DNA of 37,119 nucleotides from Catajapyx aquilonaris (lineage: Eukaryota), in contig JYFJ02003842.1 of assembly GCA_000934665.2 (NCBI GenBank), positions 1 to 37,119 of the forward strand, written 5' to 3'. The position numbers were made by a program, and so were the translations under genes. Positions 1 to 11,744 of the stretch are shown here, one piece after another. The notes under the pieces are model-generated. The model saw only the letters and a list, made by a program, of their open reading frames with translations. It made no database searches and had not been told where the DNA came from. Each line of letters begins with the position of its first letter. Position 1 is the first letter of the stretch.

Positions 1-94
1 CGGCCAAACATAATGATTCCTATACTTAAATCGATCCTCTGGTGGCTAGGAAGGCAGTCATATACGTCGGGGCACTGAGTTCAGATACACCCTG
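1..94. mobile_element. Possible right end of a CAGGGTG-type MITE cut by the window edge
   Basis: Ends ...GATACACCCTG|TA, the same terminus as the elements ending at 10945 and 30185. Confidence 0.4.
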
Positions 95-3083
95 TATATA
101 TACAGCACTCCTCGGCTGTGCTCCCATTATTCAATTCAGTATAAAGGACCTCAAGAAAAATATAGCCTCATACAGTTTAGTGGAAATTTAACCAGAATCT
201 ACAAAAGGCAACTTTCTCCACAACCTGTGAATTTTACAAAAAGCGTGATTCTTAAAAGAAGTAGAGGGAGTTTGGAGGGATGTGGAGGGGATTGACCACC
301 AATAATCCAGCCTCCCTCCCCACTGCCTATCCCGGGGAACATAATTATCAGGGTAAAAAGCCATCCCCGATAAATAATCAAGTGCCATTTTCCACCAGGG
401 AAGGAGATGAGGAGTGAAGTAATGAGAGAGTACCCATATCACTTCCCCTAAAATTATTTCCCTGCAACTAACTACATCCCCTAGGTCAGAGAGAAAAAAA
501 TAGTAATGCACTCAATAAAAAAAGACCACAACATCTTCACGAATCCTGTGTATATAAATCACCTCCCCCACAAAAGTATTGAGCAGGAAAGGTGGGCAAA
601 ATATATGGCAGGTCAATTATGGGGCTAGGGACGGGAGGGAAGAAAATGGGGGAGGAAGGTAGAGGGGGAAGGGACGGGACTGGTCTTCCCTACCTGTTAT
701 TTCAAGTCTCATCCTCCCCTGAGACTATGGGGTCAGTCCACTAATTCATTTTTATGGGGAACTAAATGGTCCCGAAGCCACCTCAAGACCTGTGAGGTCA
801 ATTTCCTGGCGACCTCTTCCCGCTTTTCAGAGAGATGTGAGAAAATGCAATGGAATGGAACACCTCAGGAGAGAAAATTACTTGCAGCATGATGAATTTA
901 CAGTAAAAATGATGTGCTGAATTAAGTGCCCAATGCAATATGAAAATCATACATAAGATAGTGCACTGTTCAACCGGATGGATGGGAAAGTAGCAGTAAA
1001 TTGTTCTCTCCAGCAAAAGAAAAGAAAAATTATTACAAGAAGTAATAGATATTGTACACATGAGATAGTACTGCAGTTGTCCCATGTTTAGAAAGGCAAA
1101 AAAATGCACTGGAGATTTGGTTGTGGCCCTGCTCATTTAGTTGGGGACAAGGGCATCTTATAGCAAATCCCTGCCATAATGGTGTTCTGCAAACACTGGC
1201 TTTGAAATCCACAGTTAGTCATCAGTGATTCTGCCAATATTTTGTGCCAATTAGCAACTGTGCCGGGCCTCTTACGTGCCTTCACTTTCTAGTGCCGTAA
1301 GTCACATGTGAAGCAGCAGTTTAAAGGTGGCTCCCTAACTATACCCAACTATGCCAATGGTAATAAAACTGCTGGGTCCGCATGTCCTCCTTACCAATTG
1401 GCAAACAAGCTTTTTTTTTTTTTTTTTTGCTTAATATTACCAGCATTAGTTTTTTATCTCCTGGAATTAATAGTTTGAAGTAATGGCATGCAAATACACA
1501 GCTTAATGCAAAAATATTTTAATGGCTATTTCAACTGGAAAACCCCGTATATGCAACACTGGATTGCAATATTATCAAGAACTTTTGGCCAATTTAATTC
1601 CTAGTTCCAAGGATGGCCCCAGCTACACTGGCTACAAACACCATATCCAGGTAAGTCACATCTCCCCTTTGACAAATCACTTGACAAGTGAAGTCATTCC
1701 CTACATTATATCTAGATGTTGCAAGCAATCTCCTATTGTCAAGATCACATTCAACTGCAACTGATCCCACCTTCTTCTTTGCCACAATGAAACTGGTTCT
1801 AACATGAGTCACTCCATCATTCTGTTGAGCACAAACATTTTTTATAAAATTTTCCTAATCCCTCTCCCCAACCTGGTAGCTCCCGCACACGCTGCCATTT
1901 CCACAATGGGCGGCAAGGTTAGCAAGTCAAGGCAAAGACAATTAATAGGAGGCCTCCCTCCACCATTCTCCTTTTGTGTGGCTCTGTTGTCCCACTTGAC
2001 GTTGATGAACGCTATTACCCTGTGCTTCACGTATCTGTCACTGTGCTCTTCTCTGAATGATCCGAATCGACCTTAATGCCAATCTTTTTCTTTCAATCGG
2101 GGGCAGGAATGTGAGACTGATTAAAATGGCATTGTTTGTATATGCTGGGTGCTTTGCAGCAAGAATGGAATTTCAGGAAGTGCCCTCTGATGACCTCTCC
2201 ATGACCCCCCTTCCCTCTGATTCTGGACCATGTCCAAACGACCAGAATTAAAATGAGAGACTTGACAGTTAGCACCGATAATTAATCATAAGGCATTTCT
2301 GGAATCAAAAATGCATTTTTCTTTGTTTGAGTGACCTTATCTGGGCATCATTAGGACTAATCTAAACCTCCACGAGCAGGCAAATTATTAACAACAACAA
2401 TGTCACCTCCACTACTACAGACAATAGAGCAGTTGTCTAACCTGTCAGCAATTAGTCAAAATGTAATATTTCAAATGTGACTGGTTCATTTCAAGCGCTT
2501 TATGAAGGTTGACAGGATGTCATCCCCAATTTGCAATGTATACGTGGACATTTCAAGTACTAACATGTCTTGTGTTTTTAACTTCTTTCCTGGATGCTCA
2601 CCCTGCCATGAATTACCTTGGTATAAGTCACATGTAACATGGCTAGACATGTGAATCATACACCTATCATTAAATTACTCCTTGCAGATTCAACGATCCC
2701 CAAGTTCTGTAACCCATTTGACACCCATATCCCGTTCTTCCACATATCACGACGGCAATTATATATATATCTGTAAAAGGTGGCATGTCGCAAACACATA
2801 CTAGCCTGCTTACCCATCCAACTCCACAATTTACTCATACCAGCCAGGTCACTTCAGGGAATGAGGGAAACTAAGTACAGTAGCTGCATGATAATTCCGG
2901 AGCTGTCAATACCCCCAGGCAGAGTTAAGCCCCACCCCCACTCACTTCCCCACCTATCTGTTACTCCATCCCTATTCCTCCTGACCCATACAGGTTTAGC
3001 AGTTTGTTGGAGTGATCTGAAAAACTACCCTAAAAGAACAGAAGGCAGTATGATCATGATTGATGGTTCTCAAGTTATTGTCT

Positions 3084-3361
3084 AGCCCGGATGTGGAGCA
3101 CCGTACCAAATCGCATTTGGGCCGACGACTTCTGAATCGTTCTGAACGTACTTAAATTGTCAACTCCATTAAGCCCCAGTTTGCAGATCCACCGCACCAG
3201 CCACCCGAATGCGATTTGGACCGGTCCAAATCGCATTCAAGTGACTGGCACAGCAAATCTGCAAACTGGGGCTGAATGGGAATTGACGGTTTAGGTAGGT
3301 TCAGTACGATTGAGAAGTTGTCAGCCCAAATGCGATTTGGTAGAGCTCACATCTGGGGATA
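3084..3361. mobile_element. Fully palindromic (foldback) MITE
   Basis: Arms of ~135 bp mirror each other with no spacer around the centre TTTGGACC|GGTCCAAA (3222/3223). Confidence 0.85.
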
Positions 3362-5563
3362 GGGGACTTGCTAACCGCACGGCCTTCCCCATATGGCTAT
3401 ATAGGGAGTTGCAGGGGGCTGGGAGGACATGTCACCATTCTGAATGAAGACAATTTCTTGTATTACAAAAAGATAATAGTGTTACTAGCTAGCAACCCAC
3501 GGCATTAGTTCAACACAAATGTCTGAAGTATAGATATACAATTACAGGCAGTGCTGCCACCTCTTTTCAATGCACTTTAACCTCAGAAAAGAGTAGGGTC
3601 GTGCACCAGTAATTAGTACAGGAGCCCTCCATCATCCAGCAGGCCTCTATTTCTGCATTTGATGGCCATTAAAAGTCCCCAACTTGGGCGTTCCCTTAAT
3701 TTCATGTTTTATTTTTGTTTTTATTTTTTAGTCCAAGTGCCACTAATAACACCTTTGCTAACACGAAGCTCACGTTTCAAGTTTGAAGGGCACCCCACTT
3801 TAACTGCGCAAGAATCACCCTCCACCTTCCCCCACCCTCCAGGAAATATCTGCTCCATGACTTCGTTCGGAACCAAAGGAGATGGAACAGCTGAAGGGTG
3901 GGAAAAAAAAGTGAAAATGGAATCAGGAAAAGGTTAGGGAAGAAAGAAAGAGTAGAAAAAAGGTGGACCCACCTCCAGTACAATCTGATTGCCTGCCCTA
4001 ATTGGTATGCAAATTACTGGCAGGGGGTGAATTAAATTACAGCTGGGAAGAGTTAAGATATGCCACCTGCCCAGGGGCAGCGGTGCTAGCTTACAACAGA
4101 CTGGCCATTTCTCTCATTCCTATTGGCGAGTGAAGTGCAGTTTAGTAATGCTGCAAGTTGCCCTAATTTATTTTCCATGTATTCTTCAACTTGAACATTT
4201 AGTGTAGCCTCCATGTCCATTTCATAAGACATATTCTCCTGTACATGGTTATAACTAAAACAAAGTAAAAAAAAACTCATGAAAATGTTACCAAGATTTT
4301 CCTAAAAAATGTAACAAAAATATGATATGGGGGAAATAAAATAACATAAAATAAAAAATAAAGCACAGTTTGTCGCTATATTGGAATGTTGCTATCACAT
4401 AGGATTGTCTATTTTTTTACTTGCGAAAAATACTTCCGGTAAAACCTTTTTATTTATTTAGTCTGACAATGAAGATTCCCCCTCTCAGTGTCAACCATTC
4501 ATGAATGTCCTGGCATGCTCATGTAAATCATAGAACCATAGGAGTCTGTGGACCACCAGGTGAAGGCCAATGGTCAATTCATCATAGCAGTCATGCAAGG
4601 ACTGGTAAGAAAAATAATCTACGAGTAATATCTGAATTGAGGCCACCAAAATGATTCATGTGTGTACAAACACACACTATGCTCTCCCCCCTAATGCCCT
4701 AGTGCACACCTCATTAAGCATCAATTTGAACATTGTTCCGCACCCTCATAGTTTCAACTATTTCCAGGGTGCTCCCAGTGTACCCGATATCATGAAGGCA
4801 AAATCCTAAAGACCTACTTCACTTAGCATATTTTTCTGTCAAGTAGCACTAGAGAAGCAAAAGCCCACCTCAGGGACTCCAGTGGACACACAGAATCTTA
4901 ATTGCATGTGAGTCACACTTTTGTACACGTGACATTGCAAATGCAAAGTATCTTCTTCAAACCAAAGGGTGTGGTTCTTCTGGTCAAGTGCAATGGGAGG
5001 TCACCAACCGTCAACTCCCCATAAACACCTTGCAAAAAAGCGCGAAACACATCATTCCTGGTATTGTTTTCTACTCTTTGTGATGGCTCCATTTTTTGAG
5101 AAAAAGACCACCCAAGTCCTGGCCCTTTTTTTCAAGGCACAGCACAATTTTGGATGGCTTAATAAAGGCCAAGGTAGTCAGTGTGATTAAGGGTGGGTTG
5201 CTCCAGGGGGGGGCAAATTACAAACCAGCTACTGTGTCTGGATTACAGGCTCCAACTCAAATTGATTACTGCTGAGCATGGGCATGTCTCATTTTAGTTT
5301 TGTTTTTCCGTTACGTTTTAAAGATAATGGTACTCGCAGTGCCACATGAAATTTCACTTGCTGATCCAAAAAGAGTAGAAAGGGAAAAAGAGAAAATGCT
5401 GCTCTCAGTGTGGGAGTGGTGCACCCTAATTTTCCCCAACCTCCAATTACACGTGCCAAAAAAGATAATTGAAATTGGCAACATGCATTATGTTGAATGT
5501 GTCAGGCCATCTACTGGCATGCAACAAGATTGCATAACAAATAAAATACAAATAAGCATCTAC

Positions 5564-5622
5564 CTCAACGAATGAGTCAGCAGAAGTAGAGCCGTGGTTG
5601 ATGGGGAACTCCTTGCGTCCAT
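5564..5622 (-). CDS. UCHL3: UCH-L3-like exon 6 (catalytic Asp completed across the junction)
   Basis: tccttcacag|AT GGA CGC..., 59 nt; (D)GRKEFPINHGSTSADSFVE|gtagat; completes the YELDGRK motif. Terminal exon not found in the window. Confidence 0.93.
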
Positions 5623-6129
5623 CTGTGAAGGAAATATCAAGCAACAATAAATTCTCAGGAACATTTCAACAGCTTTTACAGGTATTCAACATGAGCCATA
5701 ACATGCTCATATCTTTTCATTATTATTGACATATGCACTATTATTTTTAATGGAAGAAATATGATAACATTGCCTATATGGTGGGTGTGCCCAAGCCATT
5801 AGTCAACCAGGCTGGGGCATGGGTTCCGTTTGACAAACTGGCCCCTTCACTTAGTATTATTTTTTTAGTACCGTACATCCATTGTGTGGGCAGGCTGACC
5901 TTCCTTTCAAATTACCTTTAAACTTCCCTCCTATTACCCATGCTCTTCTTAATACTTATTCTCGATCATCTGCTTCACTACTGCAATCCTTTCGTTCTCA
6001 TATTATTTCTGACTGGGGCTCTTATTCCATGCGAAGTTATCAGGACTATAGGACTTAGTTGAAAAAATGGCACTTGCTGCTGGGTCATGATGTGAACCCA
6101 GCCCACTGTTACTTCCCCTCTAGCTGTAT

Positions 6130-6332
6130 GGATACGGTAGTTTAATTCCGGTGTCTCCTCCAGCCCGGATTTTAGCACTGACGGAGCTACAGCGTTCGCT
6201 ATACCGCGATTTAGTTTAAGGTGCACTCAAGTGGTAAGCCTGTGGAAGCAAAGAAAGATTGAGCCCATTGGGCAGACTCACCCGCTACCTACCACTCGTG
6301 TTGCACCTTGATAAAGATGGCGGCCTAGCGAA
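6130..6332 (-). promoter_or_regulatory. Intragenic CpG-rich promoter-like island with YY1 motif
   Basis: GCCGCCATCTT (minus strand, 6314-6324) followed by the donor CGG|GTGAGT at 6282/6281; CpG-dense compared with flanks. Confidence 0.4.
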
Positions 6333-6970
6333 CAATGGGAAAGAAATTATTCTACAGTATTAGAGGAGTATCAGGGGACTGTGTGAACCATATTACAGGG
6401 CCACCTTGGCAGGATTTGAACAGTCAACATAACTGTCCCTAAAGTCCTGACCATTACTACGGAAGCAAAGGCCATTGCTGTCCCATCCCTATGGAATCAG
6501 TATTACAATCAAGAGCCTGACTTGGCCCAACCAAATGGTGAATAGGTTGCTCCAGAGCAGTCCTCAAAACTACTGTATTTGATTGCAGCTCTCTTAGGGA
6601 CTGAAAAAAGATTCTGCAGCTCTCATTGGCCACTTACTCCATTAGCAAGATTGCCAGCAACCAACCTTCCCTCTGTCTAGTCCAGTGGTTCCCAACCTTT
6701 TTCGGGTCGCAACCCCCTTTTATGATTGTCAAGTAACCTGCATTTCTGTACCAGGGAAGCACGCCTTAGGGCATTCTCTGCATGACGCCTCCACAAAAGA
6801 CGAGATATGGAAAAATGTCATAAAAATGGCTGGGGATTACATCTAGGAAATGTGAAATGTTCAAGTGTGTACCCCTACTGATACAAAAATTACAGCAGTG
6901 TTGCCAATAATTGTTGGACAACCCTTTGTATTTAATCCCATATCAACAGGCAGTGCTTTGTAGGTTTGTA

Positions 6971-7072
6971 CGAGGGCCTTTCAATAAAGAATGAACATAA
7001 TTTTTTGGTGGGATTATTTTAATCTACAACTCCAACATCTACATGGTCTTTTCCCAAGTAGTCCCCTTGGAC

Positions 7073-7137
<65 letters not shown>

Positions 7138-8558
7138 TATTATTATTATTGCGCAAGGCCATCTGGTGGGGTGGGGGGGGGGGGGGGTGAAATNGGTGAC
7201 TGGGAGGGTATGTGCAAAGTGCAAGTGCAATGTCGTTTCTTGGTCATTTTGTGAACTCCCCGGGGTGGATTAGCCTAGCAGAGATCCAGAGATGGCCCAA
7301 CTCTGCACGAGATGAAGGGGGTGTCCCAGGGCTGGGATCGAGTCCCCTTGGACTTGAATGCACTTGTCCCACCTTCTCTGCCATGCCTCAAAAATGTGAA
7401 AAGGCTTCTCATGCTAGTCCTTGAGGATCACCTCCACCTCATTGATGACTTCCATTGTGAAATTAAACAAGACCTTCGTGCAGTCAGGTCTTGAGAGTAG
7501 GGAAGATAAAAATATTGCAAAGTTCCTGGTCAGGACTGGAGGGTGGATAAGGCACACATGTGATGTGAATGCTGGAAAGGTACTGCTGGACATCATTGGC
7601 GACGTGAGGTTACACATTGTCGTGAAGTAGTTTCCAACAGCCTGACGCAAGTTGTGGTCGTTCTTCTGAATATGGCTGCACAGGAACTTCTAAATGGACA
7701 TGTAATCCAGTCCAGTTATAGTTGCACGAGGAAGGACAACATATTTATACACCATTCTGTGCCCGTCAACGAAGGATATCACCATTTCCCACTGAATACA
7801 CCACATTTGCTTTCTTGAGCGTTGGAGAAGCAGGTGACCTCTACTGGGAGCTCTGCTGGTTGCTCCCAGGATCATAATGGTGGAGCCACCATTCATCTGC
7901 CGTGATGGCGTTACCTAAGTACCCATCACCATCCTCCCCCTCTGCAACTTCCCTCTTCAGCTGCTCACAGATGTCTACTCGCACTTGCTTCTGTTCCCGA
8001 GTCAGCAGTCTCGGCACCCAGTGTGCTGATACATGTCTTGTATGCAGGTGGCCATGAATAATTGTGTGCACACTACCCACAGATATTTGTAACAAATCGG
8101 ACAATATTATGGCAAGGCTATCACACAATGATTGTGACTGTGTCGATGGCCACCTCCATAGCAGCTGTGGCAGGAGCTCCTGGACCGCCCTGTTTGCAAG
8201 TGCATTTGTGACCCTCCTTGGACATCTTAAACCACCGTATGCTGCACTGTAAGACAGCACATCTTCTCCATACTCCTCAGTCAGCATGGAGTGGGCCTCA
8301 CTAGCAGTCTTCTCAAGACAAAAGCAGACTCTCAGCACATCATACTGCTCTTCACATGTCGACGCCTGACTTACACGTGATTTCAGAGGAGAGGGGGATG
8401 GGGTTATTGTGCTGCCACCATACACACATGCTGTGCATGAGCCTGCTGCACATAAGCATGCACATCCATCTTCAACAGCGGTACTTGGATCATCATCATG
8501 ATAGTTCCTCTACTTTTTCATTAAAAAATTATGTTCATTCATTATTGAAAGACCCTCG
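6971..8558 (-). mobile_element. Decayed mariner transposon in UCH intron 5
   Basis: ~36-bp TIRs CGAGGG(C/T)CTTTCAATAA(A/T)GAATGAACATAATTTTTT; left flank TA, right flank CA; broken transposase with WVPRLL, ITADEWWLHHYDP and an HPP remnant; stops and frameshifts. Confidence 0.93.
7075..7340 (-). mobile_element. 5'-truncated SINE nested in the mariner
   Basis: 15-bp TSD AGTCCCCTTGGACTT (7060-7074 / 7341-7355); body matches the SINE at 18952; starts within the B box; AAT/ATT microsatellite tail. Confidence 0.9.
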
Positions 8559-8692
8559 CACGCTTTTATTACATGGTTTCTTACACACATTATTTGCTAG
8601 AACGGTTCAAATGACTCTTTGGCTAACAGCTTTGCTCCTCCCAAAGGATACTTATACCTTAGTGGTGAGCAAAATAAAATTAGATCACTTAC

Positions 8693-8768
8693 CCAGTTCA
8701 TAGAGACTCCCGTCCTTGTTCACAAAGGCCACAAAGTGGTAGTCCACAGGCTGATCGGAGTCAGGAGC
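8693..8768 (-). CDS. UCHL3: UCH-L3-like exon 5 (catalytic His)
   Basis: tttttcag|...|gtaagt, 76 nt; APDSDQPVDYHFVAFVNKDGSLYEL; ends phase 1. Confidence 0.95.
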
Positions 8769-8984
8769 CTGAAAAATGTAAATGTGCATATGTCAACACT
8801 TCGGTAATAATGGCAATGCTTCAAGTGAATATGACATGGCAACATAGGCTGATTGGTGGCAATTCAGCTCTCAAGTACGTGGATTATGGCATCCCACCAA
8901 TTATGATTCAAGAATTGAAGGGTATGGTGCAAGAATGGGATATCCACTTTTGGTCAACATTCACTTTGTATGCTGCTCCTACTA

Positions 8985-9093
8985 AAAATTGCTGGATTGT
9001 TTGGTACAAGAACAGGAGTCATCAGCCTGTGCTGGATAACTCCTGTCACAGGCCGATGACTCCTGTTCTTGTACCAAACGATCCGGCAATTTT
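8985..9093. repeat. Near-perfect ~47-bp-arm hairpin
   Basis: AAAATTGCTGGATTGTTTGGTACAAGAACAGGAGTCATCAGCCTGTG and its reverse complement, with 3 transitions and a ~15-nt loop. Confidence 0.85.
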
Positions 9094-9538
9094 AAAATCA
9101 ATATGAGCTACCCATTAAATGAATGTTGACCAAAGTGGATATATCCCCTTCTTGCACCATACCCTTCAATTGTTAATACTAATTGGATGCACACCATTTG
9201 TGAAAATTTTAGAGGGGGTTGGGAAAAAACCTGCTGGAGTGCTGCCACTGATGCGTAAGGTACAAAATTGCAATAAAGCAGTTTTGGGTTGCAGCTACTA
9301 GATTTTCTTGCTACTGGCTGGGAAGTCAATGCATTCCAATGGCCACTCTAGGAATATGAGCCTTTGGCAGGTTTTCCCCCCTCTACACAATCAACTGCCC
9401 ACTGGACTTTGACTGGAAAAACTCCAAGGGCCCTGCCTGAGACAGCCCATTAGCAGCAGTCTTTTGTAAGGCCCACCAACACTTGAATAAATAGTGCCTT
9501 CAATACCCCCATAAGCTTTGATGCAACATGAGACTCAC

Positions 9539-9826
9539 GCTAGTCTGACCCTCCTGAGCATTTTCCTGGTGGGCCTGGGCAATTCCCTCACAGTTCAGCA
9601 GTCGCTGGCCCCTCTCCTCGGCATTCAGAGAGGCAGTATCATCAAGGAATTGCTTCAGAGGACCATCAGCCAAATGGATGTGCTCCAAGTTATTGGCCAC
9701 ACAGTGGATCAGTGCCACAGTACCACAAGCGTTGCGGATCATCTGCTTCATGTAAAACAGAGAGTCCGACACCTTCTGACCCTTCTCTCGGATCTCCTCC
9801 TCCTGCTGCTTGCAGGCCTCCACATA
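9539..9826 (-). CDS. UCHL3: UCH-L3-like exon 4 (oxyanion Gln and catalytic Cys)
   Basis: 288 nt, phase 0-0; contains FYMKQMIRNACGTVALIH (UCH Cys motif) and ends AQEGQTS|gtgagt. Confidence 0.97.
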
Positions 9827-9923
9827 CTATACGGGAAACCAACATTAATAAATCAGAATGTTGACAAGAAGGCAATTATTGAGAGCTGGATAGTACACTG
9901 AGTACAACGTCAAGAGAGATTAC

Positions 9924-10052
9924 CTTGTCGCTGGTTGGGAACAGCAGCATCAAAGCAAGGGCTGGCCGGGGGACAGTGGACAAGATGTCAGCATCCAGCC
10001 CAAACACATCACAGAGCTGCCAGGTTACAGGCACTCCCAGGCCTTCCAAGAA
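9924..10052 (-). CDS. UCHL3: UCH-L3-like exon 3
   Basis: tttttgtag|...|gtaatc, 129 nt; FLEGLGVPVTWQLCDVFGLDADILSTVPRPALALMLLFPTSDK. Confidence 0.95.
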
Positions 10053-10464
10053 CTACAAAAATGGCAAATTATGCATTAGAGGCATACTGTTGGGGATTCA
10101 CACCTATAAAAATCTTGCAGCCTGTTCTCTCAGTTGACATTCTAGGTGTCCTTGTGGGTTGTTTTTATCTATCACTAATATCGCCCAAAGTAGCTATTTT
10201 TGTGCAGCTAGTTGCGTCCCGATACAGGTGCCTCAGTACTATCAGGTGGTCGAATATATAGTCTGACCAGAAGTTAAAGAGAGTTGGTGGGTTTTTCCCA
10301 TCAACCCAAAATCCCCCACCGCCACCCCACCCCCTCGAAAATGCCCCACTTCCCGACAATCTATAGTAGTGGCTATAGAATAGGGCACAACAAGCTACAA
10401 AAATATAACATCTTTGAGCGAAATTTCCTAACAAATGACCCACGTACTTGCAAGACCCTGTATA

Positions 10465-10945
10465 CAGGGTGTTTCAGAGTCACGGGTCAAGCATGCGCGA
10501 GGGGGTGGGGAAAAATCGTAGGTGGCAACAACCCCGGTCGGTTTTATAAAACAATAAGAAATACGGCAGTAATCAATTTATTTATTACGGCCGTACGGCG
10601 TGACGTCACATCCTTTCTGCTCGAATTGACTGGCGTGGACTGGCTAGTGCAGCATGGGTACACTACTTTGTATAGTACCCTACCGGTATAGCATGAGAGA
10701 GCCTTTTTCAGTGCAACCCCCAAAGCTAAAAAGCCGTTCAACCAGGTTCAGCCCATGCTGCACTAGCCAGTCCGCGCCTGTCAATTCGAACAGAAAGGAT
10801 GCGACGTCACGCCATACGTCAGTAATATATAAATTGATTACTGCCCTATTTCTAATTGTTTTATAAAACCGACCGGGGTTGTCGCCACCTATGATTTTTC
10901 CCCACCCCCTCCCGCACGCTTGACCTGGGACTCTGAAACACCCTG
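10465..10945. mobile_element. Tc1/mariner-type MITE with ~190-bp TIRs
   Basis: TA|CAGGGTGTTTCAGAGTC...GACTCTGAAACACCCTG|TA; long arms clearly complementary. Confidence 0.92.
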
Positions 10946-11002
10946 TACACATAGCAGAGTGTGTCTCCAAGCCACATTATTATTATTACTAATTATTATT
11001 AA

Positions 11003-11290
11003 GGGCGACACAGTGGCCGAGTGGTTAGCGCCGCAGCCTTCCACCTCTAAGGTCCCGAGTTCGATCCCTGGGTCGGACGGAGGATACTTATGTGGATAGA
11101 GTTTCGATGGGTTCTCTCCGTGTTCGCGTGGGTTTTCTCGGGGTTCTCCCGTTTCCTCCCACTATCAAAATCCATCACATTACAGGCAAATGATTAAAGT
11201 CGGGTATTCAAAAGATGATCCTCTAAGAGGCCCAAGGGGCCTATCACGGGGTATCCATTATTATTACTTATTATCATTATTATTAATTAT
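11003..11290 (+). mobile_element. tRNA-derived SINE with V-domain-like core
   Basis: A box TGGCCGAGTGG, B box GAGTTCGATCCC; core GTTCTCTCCGTGTTCGCGTGGGTTTTCTCGGGGTTCTCCCGTTTCCTCCCAC resembling the V-SINE domain; (ATT)n tail. Confidence 0.85.
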
Positions 11291-11309
11291 ACTGTACTTG
11301 CAGAATAAG

Positions 11310-11627
11310 GCAAGCTGGGCGAGCAAGATTCCTTCTTCTGCCGCTTCGGAAAATGTCGCAGGCAGTATGCCTCGATTTATGTCCAACACTGTACCTGATT
11401 CCAGCATTGGAACTAAGCAAGCGCATGTGCACCGTGACATCGCGGGGGTGGGGTGTGTGTGTTCAGTTGTCCTCTAGTAGTGGCCAAATAGTAGCAATTA
11501 GCTATAGACATTTTCCGAAGCGGCAGAAGGAATCTTGCTCGCCCGGCTTGCAGTATCTTTGATCCCTTCTTCGGCCGCTTCGGGAAATGTCGCTAGCATT
11601 ACGCATAGATTTATGTCCAACATTGTA
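11310..11627. mobile_element. Rearranged fragments of the MITE family seen intact at 30338-30499
   Basis: Copies of TTCTTCTGCCGCTTCGGAAAATGTCGC...ATGTCCAACA(C/T)TG|TA ending near 11393 and 11627, plus an inverted arm at ~11508-11550. Confidence 0.75.
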
Positions 11628-11744
11628 TGAACGAGGAAACCGCTTCTCTTCGGCCAAAATGTAACAGGAGTCTCAGCGGCAGCTTACTTAGAGCAAGAAA
11701 TGCTTCCCTTCCCTGACACCCCCCCCCNATTTGGCTATCTTTAT

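Noticed and set aside
1605..1650. Plus-strand 46-nt exon-like segment with a CAG|GTAAGT donor
   Set aside because: No compatible partner exons or recognisable peptide; an isolated signal.
1690..1790. KKKVGSVAV...NRRLLATSRYN resembling a dCMP/cytidine deaminase N-terminal motif
   Set aside because: No downstream HxE or PCxxC zinc ligands; probably coincidental.
6991..7273. Poly-N / poly-I ORFs
   Set aside because: Translation of the (AAT)n SINE tail.
11003..11075. tRNA gene calls for A/B-box sequences (also ~18955, ~30155, ~30980)
   Set aside because: No complete cloverleaf or poly-T terminator; each continues into a SINE body and tail, most with TSDs.
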